A DNA stretch of 64,000 bases, from positions 1-64,000 of the forward strand of contig CAVPRW010000001.1 in the NCBI GenBank assembly GCA_963707985.1, in the 5' to 3' direction. This stretch comes from an uncultured Nitrospinota bacterium (lineage in GTDB: Bacteria; Tectomicrobia; Entotheonellia; J063; CAVPRW01). The notes below the pieces were generated by a model. The model had not been told where the DNA came from. It saw only the letters and a program-made list of their open reading frames with translations, and searched no databases. Position numbers and translations under genes: made by a program. The first letter of the stretch is position 1. Each line of letters opens with the position of its first letter. Positions 11,503 through 22,648 of this stretch are shown piece by piece.

Positions 11503-13326
11503 ATGGCACGCACACGATCTGTATGGCAACTCATGAGTCTTATGGCGATCGGATGGCTTGGCGCGGGATCTGGCCTGGTTCGTGCCACCGATCTCCCTAT
11601 CACCCGGAACTTCGAGCTCGAAGCACTCCAGGAGGCGGTGCGCTGGCCGAATCCTACCCCCGGGACGGTGCTGACATTGGCCGGACAGTTCATGGCGAGT
11701 CGGCGCGACGACGCGGGGTATACGTTTTTTCAGGAGCGCGCCACGAGCCAACCCGATCAGCCGCTCTTGCTTGCGCTGGAGGGCTTCTTCCAGGCCAGGT
11801 TGGCCGGTACGGTGCCACTCCTCCAACGTGGGGCCTGGGTGAACGAGGCGCTCATGAAGCTCGACCGGGCCGTGAGCCAAGAGTCCAGCCTCACTCGCTA
11901 CTTCAGGGGGACCGTCCTCGCGCAGCTCCCCGCAGACTTTGGCAAGGCCGAAGCAGCGGTGGTCGACCTCGAATGGATGCTCCAGCATCAGGAGCACTTT
12001 CCGGTTGGATTCCGTCGCAGTGTCTACCGCGCCCTCGCCCAGGCGTATACGACTCTCGGGAGAGCGGAAAAAGCGAACGCAGCGCTCGAGCGCTCCGGCT
12101 ACCCCTCCCTGAATCCCGCTCTCCCCCTGTTCACCGCCAACTACTGGGTCACGGCCAAGGATGGCTTTCGTTTCAGCCCACCCAAATTCGTCGAGTTGGC
12201 GCCCAAGGTCTATGTCGCCCAAGGGTACGACTTTGCCGACCTCGCCTTTGTGCTCACCGACGCAGGCATCGTGGCGATCGATGCGGGGACCACTGAGACG
12301 AACGCCCGGGCTGCGCTCACGGCCCTACGCCGCATCTCTACTCAGCCCATCACCCACGTCATTCTCACCCACGCCCACTGGGACCACATCGGCGGGCTGG
12401 CTGGCCTGCAGGAAGCAGGCACACAGGTGATCGCCCAGGCGAAGTTCGCCGACGAGCTACGACGCGTGAACGAGACCGGGGTGAGCTTCCGCTACTTTTT
12501 TGGGGGGGAGGGACAACGACGCTACGAGGTGGTCCCGGATCGGCTCATCGGTGAGCGCGAGCGGCTGATGGTGGGAGGAACCGAGCTCGTCCTCTACCCA
12601 GTGCGCGGCGGCGAGACCGAGGATGCCCTCCTGATCCATCTGCCCGCAAGCGGAGTCCTCTTCGTCGGCGACACCTTCATGCCCTATCTCGGCGCCCCGT
12701 TTCTCGCCGAGGGCTCGGCGGAAGGGCTCTTCGAGACCATGGCCCTCATTCGGTCTATGAATCCGCGCCTCCTCATCCATGGCCATCCTCCCCTCACCGA
12801 AAACTTTACGATAGAAGCGCTTCCGGGTCTTGAGGTGGCCTTACGTGACGTGTACGAGAAGACCCTGCAGGGGATCGGGCAAGGCCACACGCTGGTCGAG
12901 ATTCTCCACCAGAATCTCCTCCCGAGCGCGCTTCGCCTCCACCCACAGGCGGTCATCCCGTTCCTCGCGGCGCGAGACCAGGTGATCACACGGGTCTACC
13001 ACCAGCGAACCGGGTACTGGAAGCCTGATGGCGAAGGGATGGAGGTGCTCGCGCCGAAAGAGTGGGCAGCAGCCCTCGATCTCCTCGGCAGGGGCAAGGA
13101 GGAGGCCTTCGTCCACAGCGCTCAGGTTCTGCTGGATCGGCAGGATGCTGCGCTCGCGCTCAAACTCACCGACCTGGGGCTTCTCAACTACCCGGCAAGC
13201 CAAACCTTGACGAATCTCCGCCGCCAGGCGCTTGACCGGCTGCGGGAGAAGAACCAGCAGCTCAATCCTTTCAAGTTCATCATCTACTCGGAATGGGCGG
13301 GCGCCGAACTCCCCCCTGTCGAGTAA
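11503..13326 (+). CDS. secreted MBL-fold metallo-hydrolase with N-terminal TPR-like region (alkylsulfatase-like)
   Basis: Signal peptide, THAHWDHIGG, GGET.D, FVGD, IHGH; AAGGAGG RBS. Confidence 0.85.
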   Translation: MARTRSVWQLMSLMAIGWLGAGSGLVRATDLPITRNFELEALQEAVRWPNPTPGTVLTLAGQFMASRRDDAGYTFFQERATSQPDQPLLLALEGFFQARLAGTVPLLQRGAWVNEALMKLDRAVSQESSLTRYFRGTVLAQLPADFGKAEAAVVDLEWMLQHQEHFPVGFRRSVYRALAQAYTTLGRAEKANAALERSGYPSLNPALPLFTANYWVTAKDGFRFSPPKFVELAPKVYVAQGYDFADLAFVLTDAGIVAIDAGTTETNARAALTALRRISTQPITHVILTHAHWDHIGGLAGLQEAGTQVIAQAKFADELRRVNETGVSFRYFFGGEGQRRYEVVPDRLIGERERLMVGGTELVLYPVRGGETEDALLIHLPASGVLFVGDTFMPYLGAPFLAEGSAEGLFETMALIRSMNPRLLIHGHPPLTENFTIEALPGLEVALRDVYEKTLQGIGQGHTLVEILHQNLLPSALRLHPQAVIPFLAARDQVITRVYHQRTGYWKPDGEGMEVLAPKEWAAALDLLGRGKEEAFVHSAQVLLDRQDAALALKLTDLGLLNYPASQTLTNLRRQALDRLREKNQQLNPFKFIIYSEWAGAELPPVE

Positions 13327-13389
13327 GACAGCGAGCACGAAGCGGTTCCAGCGACGCTGCCACTGGTTGACGGCCTCGTGCTCGCCGGC

Positions 13390-13725
13390 CTACTCCGTAG
13401 ACTTTTTGATATAGCTAATCACTGATAAAACCGCGCCTTGCGGGTCCTGGAACGTATAGAAGCGACCCACGTCCGGGATATCCGTCAGTGGCACAATGGT
13501 TCTGGCACCTAACTCTTGGGCTTTTTGGGCTGTCGCATCGACGTCGTCAACGGTGACGTACGCTCCCCAGGACGGAAACGCTCCAGCGGCGTGTGGATGG
13601 GTGGCCATGATTCCGCCGATTTCACGCCCTCCCATGGAAATGATGTGGTATAGGGCGTCGCCAACGGGTGTCTCTGTTATGCTCCACCCCAGCAATGCGG
13701 TATAAAACCCTTTGGCGGCGGCCAC
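13390..13725 (-). pseudogene. VOC/glyoxalase protein, 5'-truncated by IS
   Basis: AAKGFYTALLGW...YVTVDDVDA...DIPDVGRF..FQDPQGA; N-terminus replaced by IS end. Confidence 0.8.
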
Positions 13726-14966
13726 GGTAGCTCCACAGTTAACCGTGGTCATGAACACCATCGCTCTATGAGCTGCTGCAACGCCCGTGCTGGACGACCA
13801 CGCCGCTTCGGCGGGCGCCAATGAGGCGGTGGTACATGACACGACAACAGTTCGTAGATTGTCCAGCCATGATCTGTGATCCCGGCGGCCATGGCCGGTG
13901 TGCTCGGCACAGACCGCCTACTCACCCCAGGGCTGGCGAGGCGTACGCTGGCATGATACGTACAGAAGTTGTAGACCGTACCGCTCAGATACATGCCGTG
14001 CCGCAGGGTCGGTGTGCAGCGCGCCAGCGCTCGGCGACGACGGGTCAGCGACGCCAGGCGCTCACGGAACGTCGCGTGCAGCCGCTCGATGTCTGCCGTG
14101 TTGATGACCCCGTCGCCTGGCGCACGGCGCCTGAGGGTCTCAACGCGTGCGGGCGTGCCAGCCATAATCCGGCGCTCCACCGCGACAACCCGCCGCTGCA
14201 CCTCGCGCGTGACCACCTGCGCGATGCAGCTATGGCGCCAGGGGCACACGCGGGGACGTCCCAGCACTCCCGCCTGTACAGGATCACGGAACGTCTCACG
14301 CATGGCGCGCATAGAGGAGGCCAACCCATCGGTACAACACAGCAGCGGGCGACGCAAGGCACAGGCCCGTACGCGCTCGATCAGAGGCCGAATCCACGTC
14401 AGGTCACGCCGCGCACTGACGTCGCCAGCCCGCCACAAGCGGGTGCTGCCCATCATCGCCAGCGCCATCCACACGACGCCCCCTGGTTTCTTGACACGGA
14501 TCTCGTCGGCGTGCACCTGGCCGAGGGCCCGCGGGTGCTCGACCACAGGTTCCTGGACGGCTGGGCCCTGCACACCCGCCCTCGGCAACCAGGCGGCGAC
14601 GGTCCGTTCATCCACGCCGAAAGCCACCACAATGGCCTGCAGGGGACACCCGTGTGCCATCAGGGTCACGACCTGGGGGACCGTCTCAGTCGACGTCCGC
14701 AGACGATACCACGCGGTGCCGTTGGGGGTGGTGCATGTCGTGCGGCACTGGGTCCAGATGAACCGTTTCTCCTGACGCGAGTGGATGCCAATGTTCCCCT
14801 GGCCGGTTTGGCCTCTGGCAGGACACGCCAGATGGGGGCAGAATACGGTCGTGGGGTGCATAACCATCCTCCTCCTGGCTTTGCGTGGCAGCGTGCCAAG
14901 AAAAGTATGTCTGGACCCCCGTTTTTATGACAAGCGAACCTCACCACGCTTTCGTGCGGAGCTACC
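13726..14966 (-). mobile_element. IS1-like insertion sequence with degenerate transposase (13749-14867)
   Basis: IRs GGTAGCTCCACAGTTAACCGTGGTCA / GGTAGCTCCGCACGAAAGCGTGGTGA; CP..ACP Zn motif, ADE, TDG, INTADIERLHATFR, YNF..H, TPAMAAGITDH; no target duplication. Confidence 0.8.
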
Positions 14967-14982
14967 TGCTGCCCTGCTGTTA

Positions 14983-15019
14983 GTTTCAATCCCCTTCAAA
15001 TCGGGTCAGTCCTTCTTAC
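14983..15019 (-). CRISPR. single orphan CRISPR repeat (37 nt) plus 16-nt spacer stub
   Basis: GTAAGAAGGACTGACCCGATTTGAAGGGGATTGAAAC on the - strand ends in the typical ATTGAAAC and abuts cas6; only one copy. Confidence 0.75.
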
Positions 15020-16038
15020 TGTTCTTCCCGACATGGACGTATTCCCCAAACAGCAGGTAAGGCATGAAACTTGTCAATGCCCCCCTATACGTGATCGATC
15101 CCACCATGCCGCCAAGCTTCATGCGCGCATCTTGTCGCGCCGAATACCGCTCCCAATCTCGCCAATGGAGATCGCTTCGATCGATCGTAATGTCTTTGGC
15201 ACCCTCGATGACTTCGTGAATATGGCGACGGGCAGACTCATCGATCCGGTGATCACGATAAAAATACTGGGCTACAGCCTGCGCCGAGACTGCACAGCCT
15301 GATAGAAGGGGGAGCATTCCACCACCCCCATGGCAGAGCATCAAGAGCGCGAGCCGCAGTAAGAGAGCCCGGAAGAGGATATGGAACGGCAGCTCGGAGG
15401 TGAGCTTATGACCGTATTTGAGACGGGCCGGCGTCAAAAATTCGATCGCAACCTCATCCACCTCCCCCTGTACCTTGCGCGCCACCTCATCCAGGGTAAT
15501 TGGCGCTCCTACCCCCACAAACCTGCGCTCGATACCCCCGATAGACCTCCACTTCCCCTTCCGGGCCGACCCCAAGAACGCCCTCCAATTGGAAATGGCC
15601 TTTTCCCTTGCCCAAGCCGATCCGTCCCAACACGTCGAAGGCAAACAGAAAATAGGGCAAATAATCCATCGCCCTTCCGATCACTATGAGGTGGAACGCG
15701 AGGCGGTCGTCCGCGCTATAGTGCTGCTTCTCCTCTTCGGGAGGTTCGAGGACGAAGGGATGCGGCGCATCCAGCGCACCACGGAGAGAAGCAAAGATTG
15801 TCGCGATTTCCTCTGGAAGCGGGGTCTCGAATACATAAGAATAGACACAGCGTCCAGGCTGGATGCAACCGTGGTAGCACCGGCCATCATCGAAAGGACA
15901 CACGACACGCTTGAGAGCATGCCCGAATCCTCCACGGAAGGATGAGCCTTTGTACTCGGGGAGGAGTATGGATTCCCTCGGTCGAATAACCAGGCGATAC
16001 TTGGCAAGTGCAAGCGTTGCCACCGGCAGCGTCCTCAT
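15006..16038 (-). pseudogene. cas6: CRISPR pre-crRNA endoribonuclease Cas6, frameshifted and lacking the end of its G-loop
   Basis: YKGSSFRGGFGHALK, C..C..C.Y..VFE, PHPFVLEPP, FLTPARLK, DWERYSARQ..MKLGG, GEYVHVGK followed by repeat-derived sequence. Confidence 0.88.
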
Positions 16039-16291
16039 GCGGATTCCTGAAAGCGTGTCCAAAAAGTCCTTACTTCCCCCGTCGCACCACCTCATTCCTC
16101 TCCGGCAGGAAAAGAGCCAGGGTGAGGGGGATTCCAACCGAGGATCATAGCTCCCACTTCCCTCACCCCCGTTCTGCAAGGGGCCAGACCCGAAGGCTCC
16201 AGATCGACTTCCAGGTTCCTGGCTACCCAGTTGCGCACCTGCCGCTGCCGTGTGATGCCGGCTGTGGCAGGGTATGTCTGGTCACCGGCGC

Positions 16292-17271
16292 TTATGTCCA
16301 CTGGGCAAAGGCCATGGCGCACCCCGTCCCTGCCGGGGAACGGTAGCACGGCACGTAGTCGATCACTTCCATGTCGAGATGCTGTGCCGCGCCCTGCGGT
16401 GGTGATCCAGTTGCGGATCTTCCGAGCTCCCTGATTGGAGACGTTCCAGGGGCAACGCAGCGATGGTGTCGATGTCTTTTTCCTGGAGGGCCTTGAGGAC
16501 CTGGCGATCCAGCTCCTCATCGACCACGAAATGGCTCAGTCCGCCGGAGCCCAGAACCGCCACCCGCGCCTGGCGCCTCCAGGTCTCAATGGCGTTCCTG
16601 AGCGCAATGCCGAAGTCATAGGACCGTCGCGGCCGCGGCTGATTGGGCGGGTAATAGGTGTTTTGCATGATGGGCACCACGGGAATGGTCTTGCTCGGCA
16701 TAATGCGGGCATACACAAAGGTCGCCGCATGGGTGATCGACTGCCCCTCCTGCAGGTACTTCGAATGGGCCACGTCGAATCCCTGCTCCATCATGGAGTC
16801 GATGATGTGCAAGGCAAGCTCCGGATGGCCAGGATACTGCCTGGGCTCCTGGGGGTAGGCCCAAGCCGTCAGGGCCTGGGTCCCTCTGGAGCGCTGGCGC
16901 GGAACGTACGGCACCTGCTCACCCCAATAGACACAGAACGCCGGCATGTTATCGTCGTGGAAAGCCTCCTGTTGATCGTCGCCAAGGATCACTAGCACGT
17001 CTGGTGCGAAGCGCTCCAGGGCCTCGGCAAGCCTGGCAATCCCCTGCTGATTCGCTTCGTAGCGCTTCTGGAACACCTCCGGCGTCAGCTCATGAGCAAT
17101 CTTGGGGTCGACTTCAGCCAAGAGCTCATCGAAGGTGACATGCTTGCCGTCGGGCACGCGGTACAGACTCTGGTTCAGTCGGTCTTCTTCGCCGCGCGTG
17201 AGCCAATGCTCGGCCGGGAGGCTCAACTGCGGGCTATGAGAGGTCGCCAGCCCCAAAACCATTCTTGCCAT
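16292..17271 (-). CDS. LigB-like extradiol ring-cleavage dioxygenase subunit (frameshifts near 3' end)
   Basis: LGLATSHSP, GDDQ.E.F, NTYYPPNQP, SGGLSHFVVDE, SGSSE/IRNW, CYRSPAGTG. Confidence 0.8.
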
Positions 17272-17538
17272 TGTTCGACTCCTCTCTCCTGAGGGTGGGA
17301 TCCACCCCTCCACTGTGTTGGATGGCCCTCGGTTCACATACGGGCGGGTGAGGTCTGTAAGGGCATACTGTTCCCCCCCACCCGCTCATGCCGTCTTGAA
17401 CCTATCATACCGCAGCCTAAACTGGAATGGGAAGTTTACGGATTCCGGTCGCATGCACATTGCAGCGTAGTGTATAGTTGCTCACAGACTGCCAACGCCT
17501 AGCTTTGCTGCCATCATTTTTTACTATGGGAGTAGCGG

Positions 17539-17670
17539 ATGATGCCGTATCCACCGGTATTTGACGAGTTATACGTGATCTCTGATCTGCACATGGGCGG
17601 CACGAAGGAGGGCACGCGCAACTTCCGGATCTTCAACCGCGGTGACCGTCTGGCCAGGTTTATCCGCTAA
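17539..17670 (+). pseudogene. metallophosphoesterase N-terminal fragment
   Basis: MMPYPPVFDELYVISDLHMGG... stops after 43 aa. Confidence 0.5.
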
Positions 17671-17889
17671 AGCCTCGCGGGGTGTGATCGATCGTACCTT
17701 ACGAAAGCCATTGCCCTTGCTGAAACAACCTGTTAAAGTTGGCGCCAAGTCAAATCCTTGAAACGGCCCTAGGGGTCTTTGACGGGGAGAGTGAGACAAC
17801 AGGAGGGTCATGCGATTGGCCCTGGAGGAGGCCGTCACGGCATAGTCATCACGACCATTAAACACGGGATACTCAGAGGTGAGACAACG

Positions 17890-18978
17890 ATGGGCGAGCT
17901 CGAATTTGGCATCTTCGACTCCTTCGGTCCCTTCGAGATGAAGGAGTTCCCGTCGGTGGCTGAGGTGTACGAGACACATTTGCACGAAGCGCAAGAAGCC
18001 GAGCAGCTCGGGTACCGCTACTATTTCTTCATCGAGCACCAGAATTCCCCCGTCTGCTATGTCACCGCCCCGACTGTTTACCTGACCGCCCTGGCGAGTC
18101 GGACCAGCGCGCTGCGGTTTGGCCTGATGATTTATCAGTTACCCTTCCACCACCCCATCCGCCTGGCCCAGGACCTGGCCACGCTGGACCAGCTGTCCCG
18201 CGGACGCCTGGAGTTCGGCACGGGGACAGGGGTGCTCGCGCACGAATTCATGCGTTGGAACCTGCCCTTCGACCAGCGCCATGAGATGAGCATCGAGGCG
18301 CTGGAGATCATCGTCAAGGCGTGGACACAGGAGACCATCACCTACCAGGGCAAATATTGGCAATTCGACGAAGCCCTGCCCAATCCCAAACCCTACCAGG
18401 AGCCTCACCCCCCCATTTGGGTGGCGGCCCATAGCGCCGGCTCCTTCGAGTATGCCGCCAAGCACAACTATCACATCGCCCAGAACATCGATGTCGACGC
18501 GGTGATCGCCGAGAAGTTCGCGTCTTACCGGCAACTCTGGCGCCAGTATCACCATTCGGGCCCCATGCCGCACGCCTTCTTGACGCGCCATGTGCACGTC
18601 GCTGAGACCGACGCCCAGGCGCGGGCCGAAGCCGAGCCCAATCTGCTGATGGGCTATATCCAGGGCGGCGAGCTCATCGCCAAGACGCGCCTCGGGTTTG
18701 GACCGCCGGGTCTCGAAGTGGCGGAGAGGACTACCCCGGAGCGGCAGGAGCTCCGTCGTGTGTTTCAGGAATGCAGCAAATCCTACGACTTCTGGATCGA
18801 CAACGGGCTCGCCCTCGTGGGCAGCCCTGACACCGTCATCCGCAAGCTCGAAGAACAGCGCCAGCTCACCGGTTACGATATCTTCGCCGCCCGACATCGG
18901 ATTGGCCACCTGGAGCCAGCGCTGGCCCGCAAATCCATGCAATTGTTTGCCAAATACGTCATACCCGCCTTTGCCTAG
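17890..18978 (+). CDS. LLM-class flavin-dependent oxidoreductase
   Basis: EHQ, HPIRLAQDLATLDQLSRGRLEFGTG, PKPYQEPHPPIWVA. Confidence 0.92.
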   Translation: MGELEFGIFDSFGPFEMKEFPSVAEVYETHLHEAQEAEQLGYRYYFFIEHQNSPVCYVTAPTVYLTALASRTSALRFGLMIYQLPFHHPIRLAQDLATLDQLSRGRLEFGTGTGVLAHEFMRWNLPFDQRHEMSIEALEIIVKAWTQETITYQGKYWQFDEALPNPKPYQEPHPPIWVAAHSAGSFEYAAKHNYHIAQNIDVDAVIAEKFASYRQLWRQYHHSGPMPHAFLTRHVHVAETDAQARAEAEPNLLMGYIQGGELIAKTRLGFGPPGLEVAERTTPERQELRRVFQECSKSYDFWIDNGLALVGSPDTVIRKLEEQRQLTGYDIFAARHRIGHLEPALARKSMQLFAKYVIPAFA

Positions 18979-19067
18979 GCGATGGCTGTGTTGAGGACTC
19001 ATGCCCGAGCGTAACGCTCTTCATCGTCAGTCCTCAGCACTCAGTCCTGTCTTTTATGAGGTGTACG

Positions 19068-20045
19068 ATGCCGAATGTTGCGATCCTCGACGACTACCAG
19101 GGCGTTGCCCTGAAGATGGCTGACTGGAGCCTGCTGCCCACTGATTGCCGGCTGCAGGCTTTTAACGATCATCTGACTGAAGTCGATGCTCTGGTGCAAC
19201 GATTGCGAGATTTCGAGATCATCACCTGTATGCGGGAACGTACCCCCTTTGGCCGTGATCTCCTGCAACGCTTGCCGAACCTGCGTCTCCTGGTGACTAC
19301 CGGCATGCGTAACGCCGCCATCGACCTGAAGGCCGCCACCGATCTGGGGATCCTGGTGTGTGGCACGGGGAGTGGTCCGGATGCCCCACCGGCGGAATTG
19401 ACCTGGGGGCTGATCTTAGCCCTGGTCCGTCACATTCCGCGCGAAGACGTCGACACGCGAGCGGGCCGCTGGGGCACGACTGTCGGCATGAGTCTACAGA
19501 ACAAAGTTCTGGGGATTTTGGGTCTGGGGCGACTGGGTGGGAAGGTCGCCAAGGTGGGCGTAGCCTTCGACATGTCGGTCATCGCCTGGAGTCAAAACTT
19601 GACGGCCGAGCGGGCTGCGGAGCATGGGGCCACGTTGGTCAGTAAGGACGAGTTGTTTGCCCGCTCGGATATTCTCTCCGTCCATGTGCAGCTGAGTGCG
19701 CGGACCAGGGGACTCGTGGGGGCCCGCGAACTCGGCCTGATGAAACCCACCGCCTATCTCATCAATACGGCGCGCGGGCCGATCGTAGACGAAGCGGCTC
19801 TCGTGCAGGCGCTGCAGGCGCGCACCATTGCTGGTGCGGGCCTGGACGTGTTCGACCAGGAACCTCTACCGCCGAAGCACCCGCTGACATTGCTTGACAA
19901 CACACTGCTGGTTCCTCACATTGGCTACGTGACTGAGGATCAATATCGAGTGCGGTATCGCGATACGGTCGAGAACGTTGCCGCCTATCTCAAGGGAGAG
20001 CCGCTCAGAGTTCTGAACCCAGAAGTGCGAGCCACGGCTCGTTAG
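19068..20045 (+). CDS. D-2-hydroxyacid dehydrogenase family protein
   Basis: MRERT, GLGRLG, INTARGPIVDE, LDVFDQEPLP, PHIGY. Confidence 0.93.
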   Translation: MPNVAILDDYQGVALKMADWSLLPTDCRLQAFNDHLTEVDALVQRLRDFEIITCMRERTPFGRDLLQRLPNLRLLVTTGMRNAAIDLKAATDLGILVCGTGSGPDAPPAELTWGLILALVRHIPREDVDTRAGRWGTTVGMSLQNKVLGILGLGRLGGKVAKVGVAFDMSVIAWSQNLTAERAAEHGATLVSKDELFARSDILSVHVQLSARTRGLVGARELGLMKPTAYLINTARGPIVDEAALVQALQARTIAGAGLDVFDQEPLPPKHPLTLLDNTLLVPHIGYVTEDQYRVRYRDTVENVAAYLKGEPLRVLNPEVRATAR

Positions 20046-20068
20046 TGCTCCTGCGCCCGTGCCTGTCA

Positions 20069-20479
20069 TTACATGGTGAGGGTCAACCAGCCCTTTTCTG
20101 AGAGGTCGATCCTCACCTCGTTCGGCAGGTAGTATTTCACCTCGACATCCACCATCCCCTGGCCAGTGGCCTTGCCGCCCAGCGGCTGAAACGTGGCCCC
20201 GGCCTCCTCCACGCGCTTCCGAGCCTCGTCCATGTTGTCGACCTTGAAGCCGAAGTGGTGCAAGCCCTCATAGCGTGGTGCACCCTCCGTATAGGCCGCG
20301 TAGTCGTTCTTGAACTTGAGGATGGCAAGGTTGATGTAGCCATCGGTTAAAAAGTAACCGGTGGCGAGGTCCGAGTTCGCCACCCCGACCTGTTGCAGGC
20401 CAAGAGCCTCCTTAAAAAAGCTGGCCACCTTGTCCGGATCCTGGGTCGCGATGGCGATATGCCTGATTTTGGCCGCCAT
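20069..20479 (-). CDS. VOC family protein
   Basis: KIRHIAI, TDGYINLAIL, GLHHFGFKVD. Confidence 0.85.
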   Translation of the reverse strand: MAAKIRHIAIATQDPDKVASFFKEALGLQQVGVANSDLATGYFLTDGYINLAILKFKNDYAAYTEGAPRYEGLHHFGFKVDNMDEARKRVEEAGATFQPLGGKATGQGMVDVEVKYYLPNEVRIDLSEKGWLTLTM

Positions 20480-20550
20480 ACAGCCCTCCTCTAGGGTCAA
20501 CACACGGTCAGCGGTGCGGAAGTATGATCCAGCGCCAACCCGCAGCCACC

Positions 20551-20910
20551 CTAGACCTGTGCCTCGATGATCTCGAGCTGTACTCCATCCGGTCCTTCCA
20601 GAAAGCAAATCCGTCGGCCATTGCCTGAGGTCATTTGCTCCAAGACCGTAGCCCCATTGGCCTTGAGCTTGGCCACGGTGCCATCCAGGTCATCGGTGTT
20701 GAGCGCAAAGTGCTCCATACCATAGAGTTGCTGCCGGGTTTGATCTTCGACATGAGTCGTGAGGTTGATGGTGAGTCCATGTAAGTCCAGCCGAAAGCCA
20801 CGCGTACCGATCTCAGCGACGATCTTGGCGCCCATATTGTCCACATAAAATTTGGCGGTTTGCTGCGGATCCTTGGTTTTGATATGCAGGTGATTGAGTT
20901 TAAAGGCCAT
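20551..20910 (-). CDS. VOC family protein
   Basis: NHLHIK, EHFAL.TDDLD, FLEGPDGVQLEIIE. Confidence 0.85.
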   Translation of the reverse strand: MAFKLNHLHIKTKDPQQTAKFYVDNMGAKIVAEIGTRGFRLDLHGLTINLTTHVEDQTRQQLYGMEHFALNTDDLDGTVAKLKANGATVLEQMTSGNGRRICFLEGPDGVQLEIIEAQV

Positions 20911-21520
20911 CGTTCCCCTCCAGTCGTCCGCGTCCACCACTGGCGGTGGACAGCAGACCTCCTCTGTGTTGCCATTGCGGCCAACGGAGCATCGCGCCAG
21001 TAGTTCATGGCAGGGCGCGGCTCCACGGTAATGAGTGCGGCGAGCATAGGCCACCCCAAGGACACTGTCAAGTGCGATCTGCGGCAACGCATGCGCTCGC
21101 CCGCGCGGACAGCCCTGCGACATGGCATTCTTCGCAACGCCTCACGCGACGCTCTTGCCTGTCCCTGCGCACTTGATCGAATACCGCGGTGACATAAGAG
21201 GCAATGCATGAGAAGGTTAAGTATTGCGAGGTCCACACGTCTCGGCCGTCAACCCACGTACTACACTGGTGACAATAAAGATCCACAGACCGTGTCTGAA
21301 CCAGAGGGTCGGCATCGCGGTGAGGGGTGGTTAGATGGCAGAATCATGCAGTCTAACCCCCTCTCACCAACCTTGAGTAGAATGAGTAAGGGTGCTAAGA
21401 TGCAGGCAGTTTTTAGGAATGGACAGCTTCTGCGGGTATAGCGTTAGTCTGCAGCACGGTGCAGGGTTTTACGAATCGATTCGGCAGTCTAATCGATGTT
21501 CGGTAGGCCAAGCAAGAACG

Positions 21521-22513
21521 TCATACCCCGAGGTCGTCCAGGGGGCTTGGAACGCCCTGCCCTCCCTGCTGCAGGACGTGGGTATAGATCATGGTGGTGG
21601 CCACGTCGTGGTGCCCGAGCAGTGGCTGAATGGTGCGGATGTCGGTGCCGCGTTGCCGCAGGTGGGTGGCGAAGGAGTGCCGAAAGGTATGGGCGCTGAT
21701 CTGCTTCGTCAGACCGGCACGGCGAACCGCCACCTAGATGGCCTTATTGATGACGCTGGGGTCCACGTGATGGCGACGGGCGACACCGGCACGCGGGTCG
21801 CCGGAAATATCCCGGGCGGGAAAGACGTACTGCCACCCCCATTCTTTGGCGGCCTGCGGGGCCTTCCGGGCCAGCGCATGGGGCAGGTAGACCTCGCCAT
21901 GTCCTTGCAGCAAGTCCTGCTGATGCAGCGTCTTGACCCTCGCCAGGTGGCTCTGGAGCAACGGGGTGAGTGTCGCGGGAAAGGTGGTGAAGCGGTCCTT
22001 GTCGCCCTTGCCCGAGCGGACGGTCAGTGGCTTCATCTGAACATCGATGTCCTTGATCCTCAGCCGGACCGCCTCCATGATGCGCAAGCCGCTCCCGTAG
22101 AGCAGCTTGGCCACCAGCTGGGCGGTGCCGTCCAGTAGCGAGAGGCTCGTGGCGACTTCTTCGCGGGTCATGACCACGGGGACGTTGATCTTCTTGGCGG
22201 CGCGTACGGCATCGATGCGACCGTCCATGACCTGCTTGAGGACGCGCTTGTAGAGGCACACCAGGGCATTCATGGCCTGGTTCTGGGTCGCGGCCGCGAC
22301 ACGTCCATGCACCGCCAAGTCGGTCAGGAACGCCTCGATCTTAGGTTCGGCGGGGAAGAGGTCTGCGCGGGACCGCATCCCGTGGAAACGGGCAAACCGT
22401 TTGATCCATTCCACATAGGAGCGCTCGGTATGAATCGAGTAGTGGTGGAGACGAAGCACTTGGCGCACTTCATCAAGCAGTTTGGGTGGTTGACTTCTTC
22501 TTGCGTCAGGCAT
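21521..22513 (-). pseudogene. intI: integron integrase with internal stop (TAG at 21734-21736)
   Basis: HYSIHTERSY, TQNQAMNAL, LYGSGLR, GKGDKDR, IntI-specific [47 protein letters not shown]. Confidence 0.95.
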
Positions 22514-22559
22514 ACAAGGGTTCCATCAGGGTGCCCTGGGATTGTTGATAAGAGGTATC

Positions 22560-22632
22560 GGGCAAAACTGCCCGAAATGTAGGGCAATATCGCCTTATCA
22601 GGGCAAAATGACCGGTTAATCAATGGTTAGCC
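22560..22632 (+). other. attI region; crossover GTTAGCC at 22626
   Basis: GTTAGCC is complementary to GGCTAAC of the first attC (25035) and lies between the intI start and the first cassette; left limit approximate. Confidence 0.7.
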
Positions 22633-22648
22633 GTCCGCAGGACGTGAC

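Noticed and set aside
14983..16038. Functional minimal Cas6 plus repeat regulatory system
   Set aside because: Cas6 lacks the end of its G-loop and the spacer is cut by an IS. A relic is more parsimonious.
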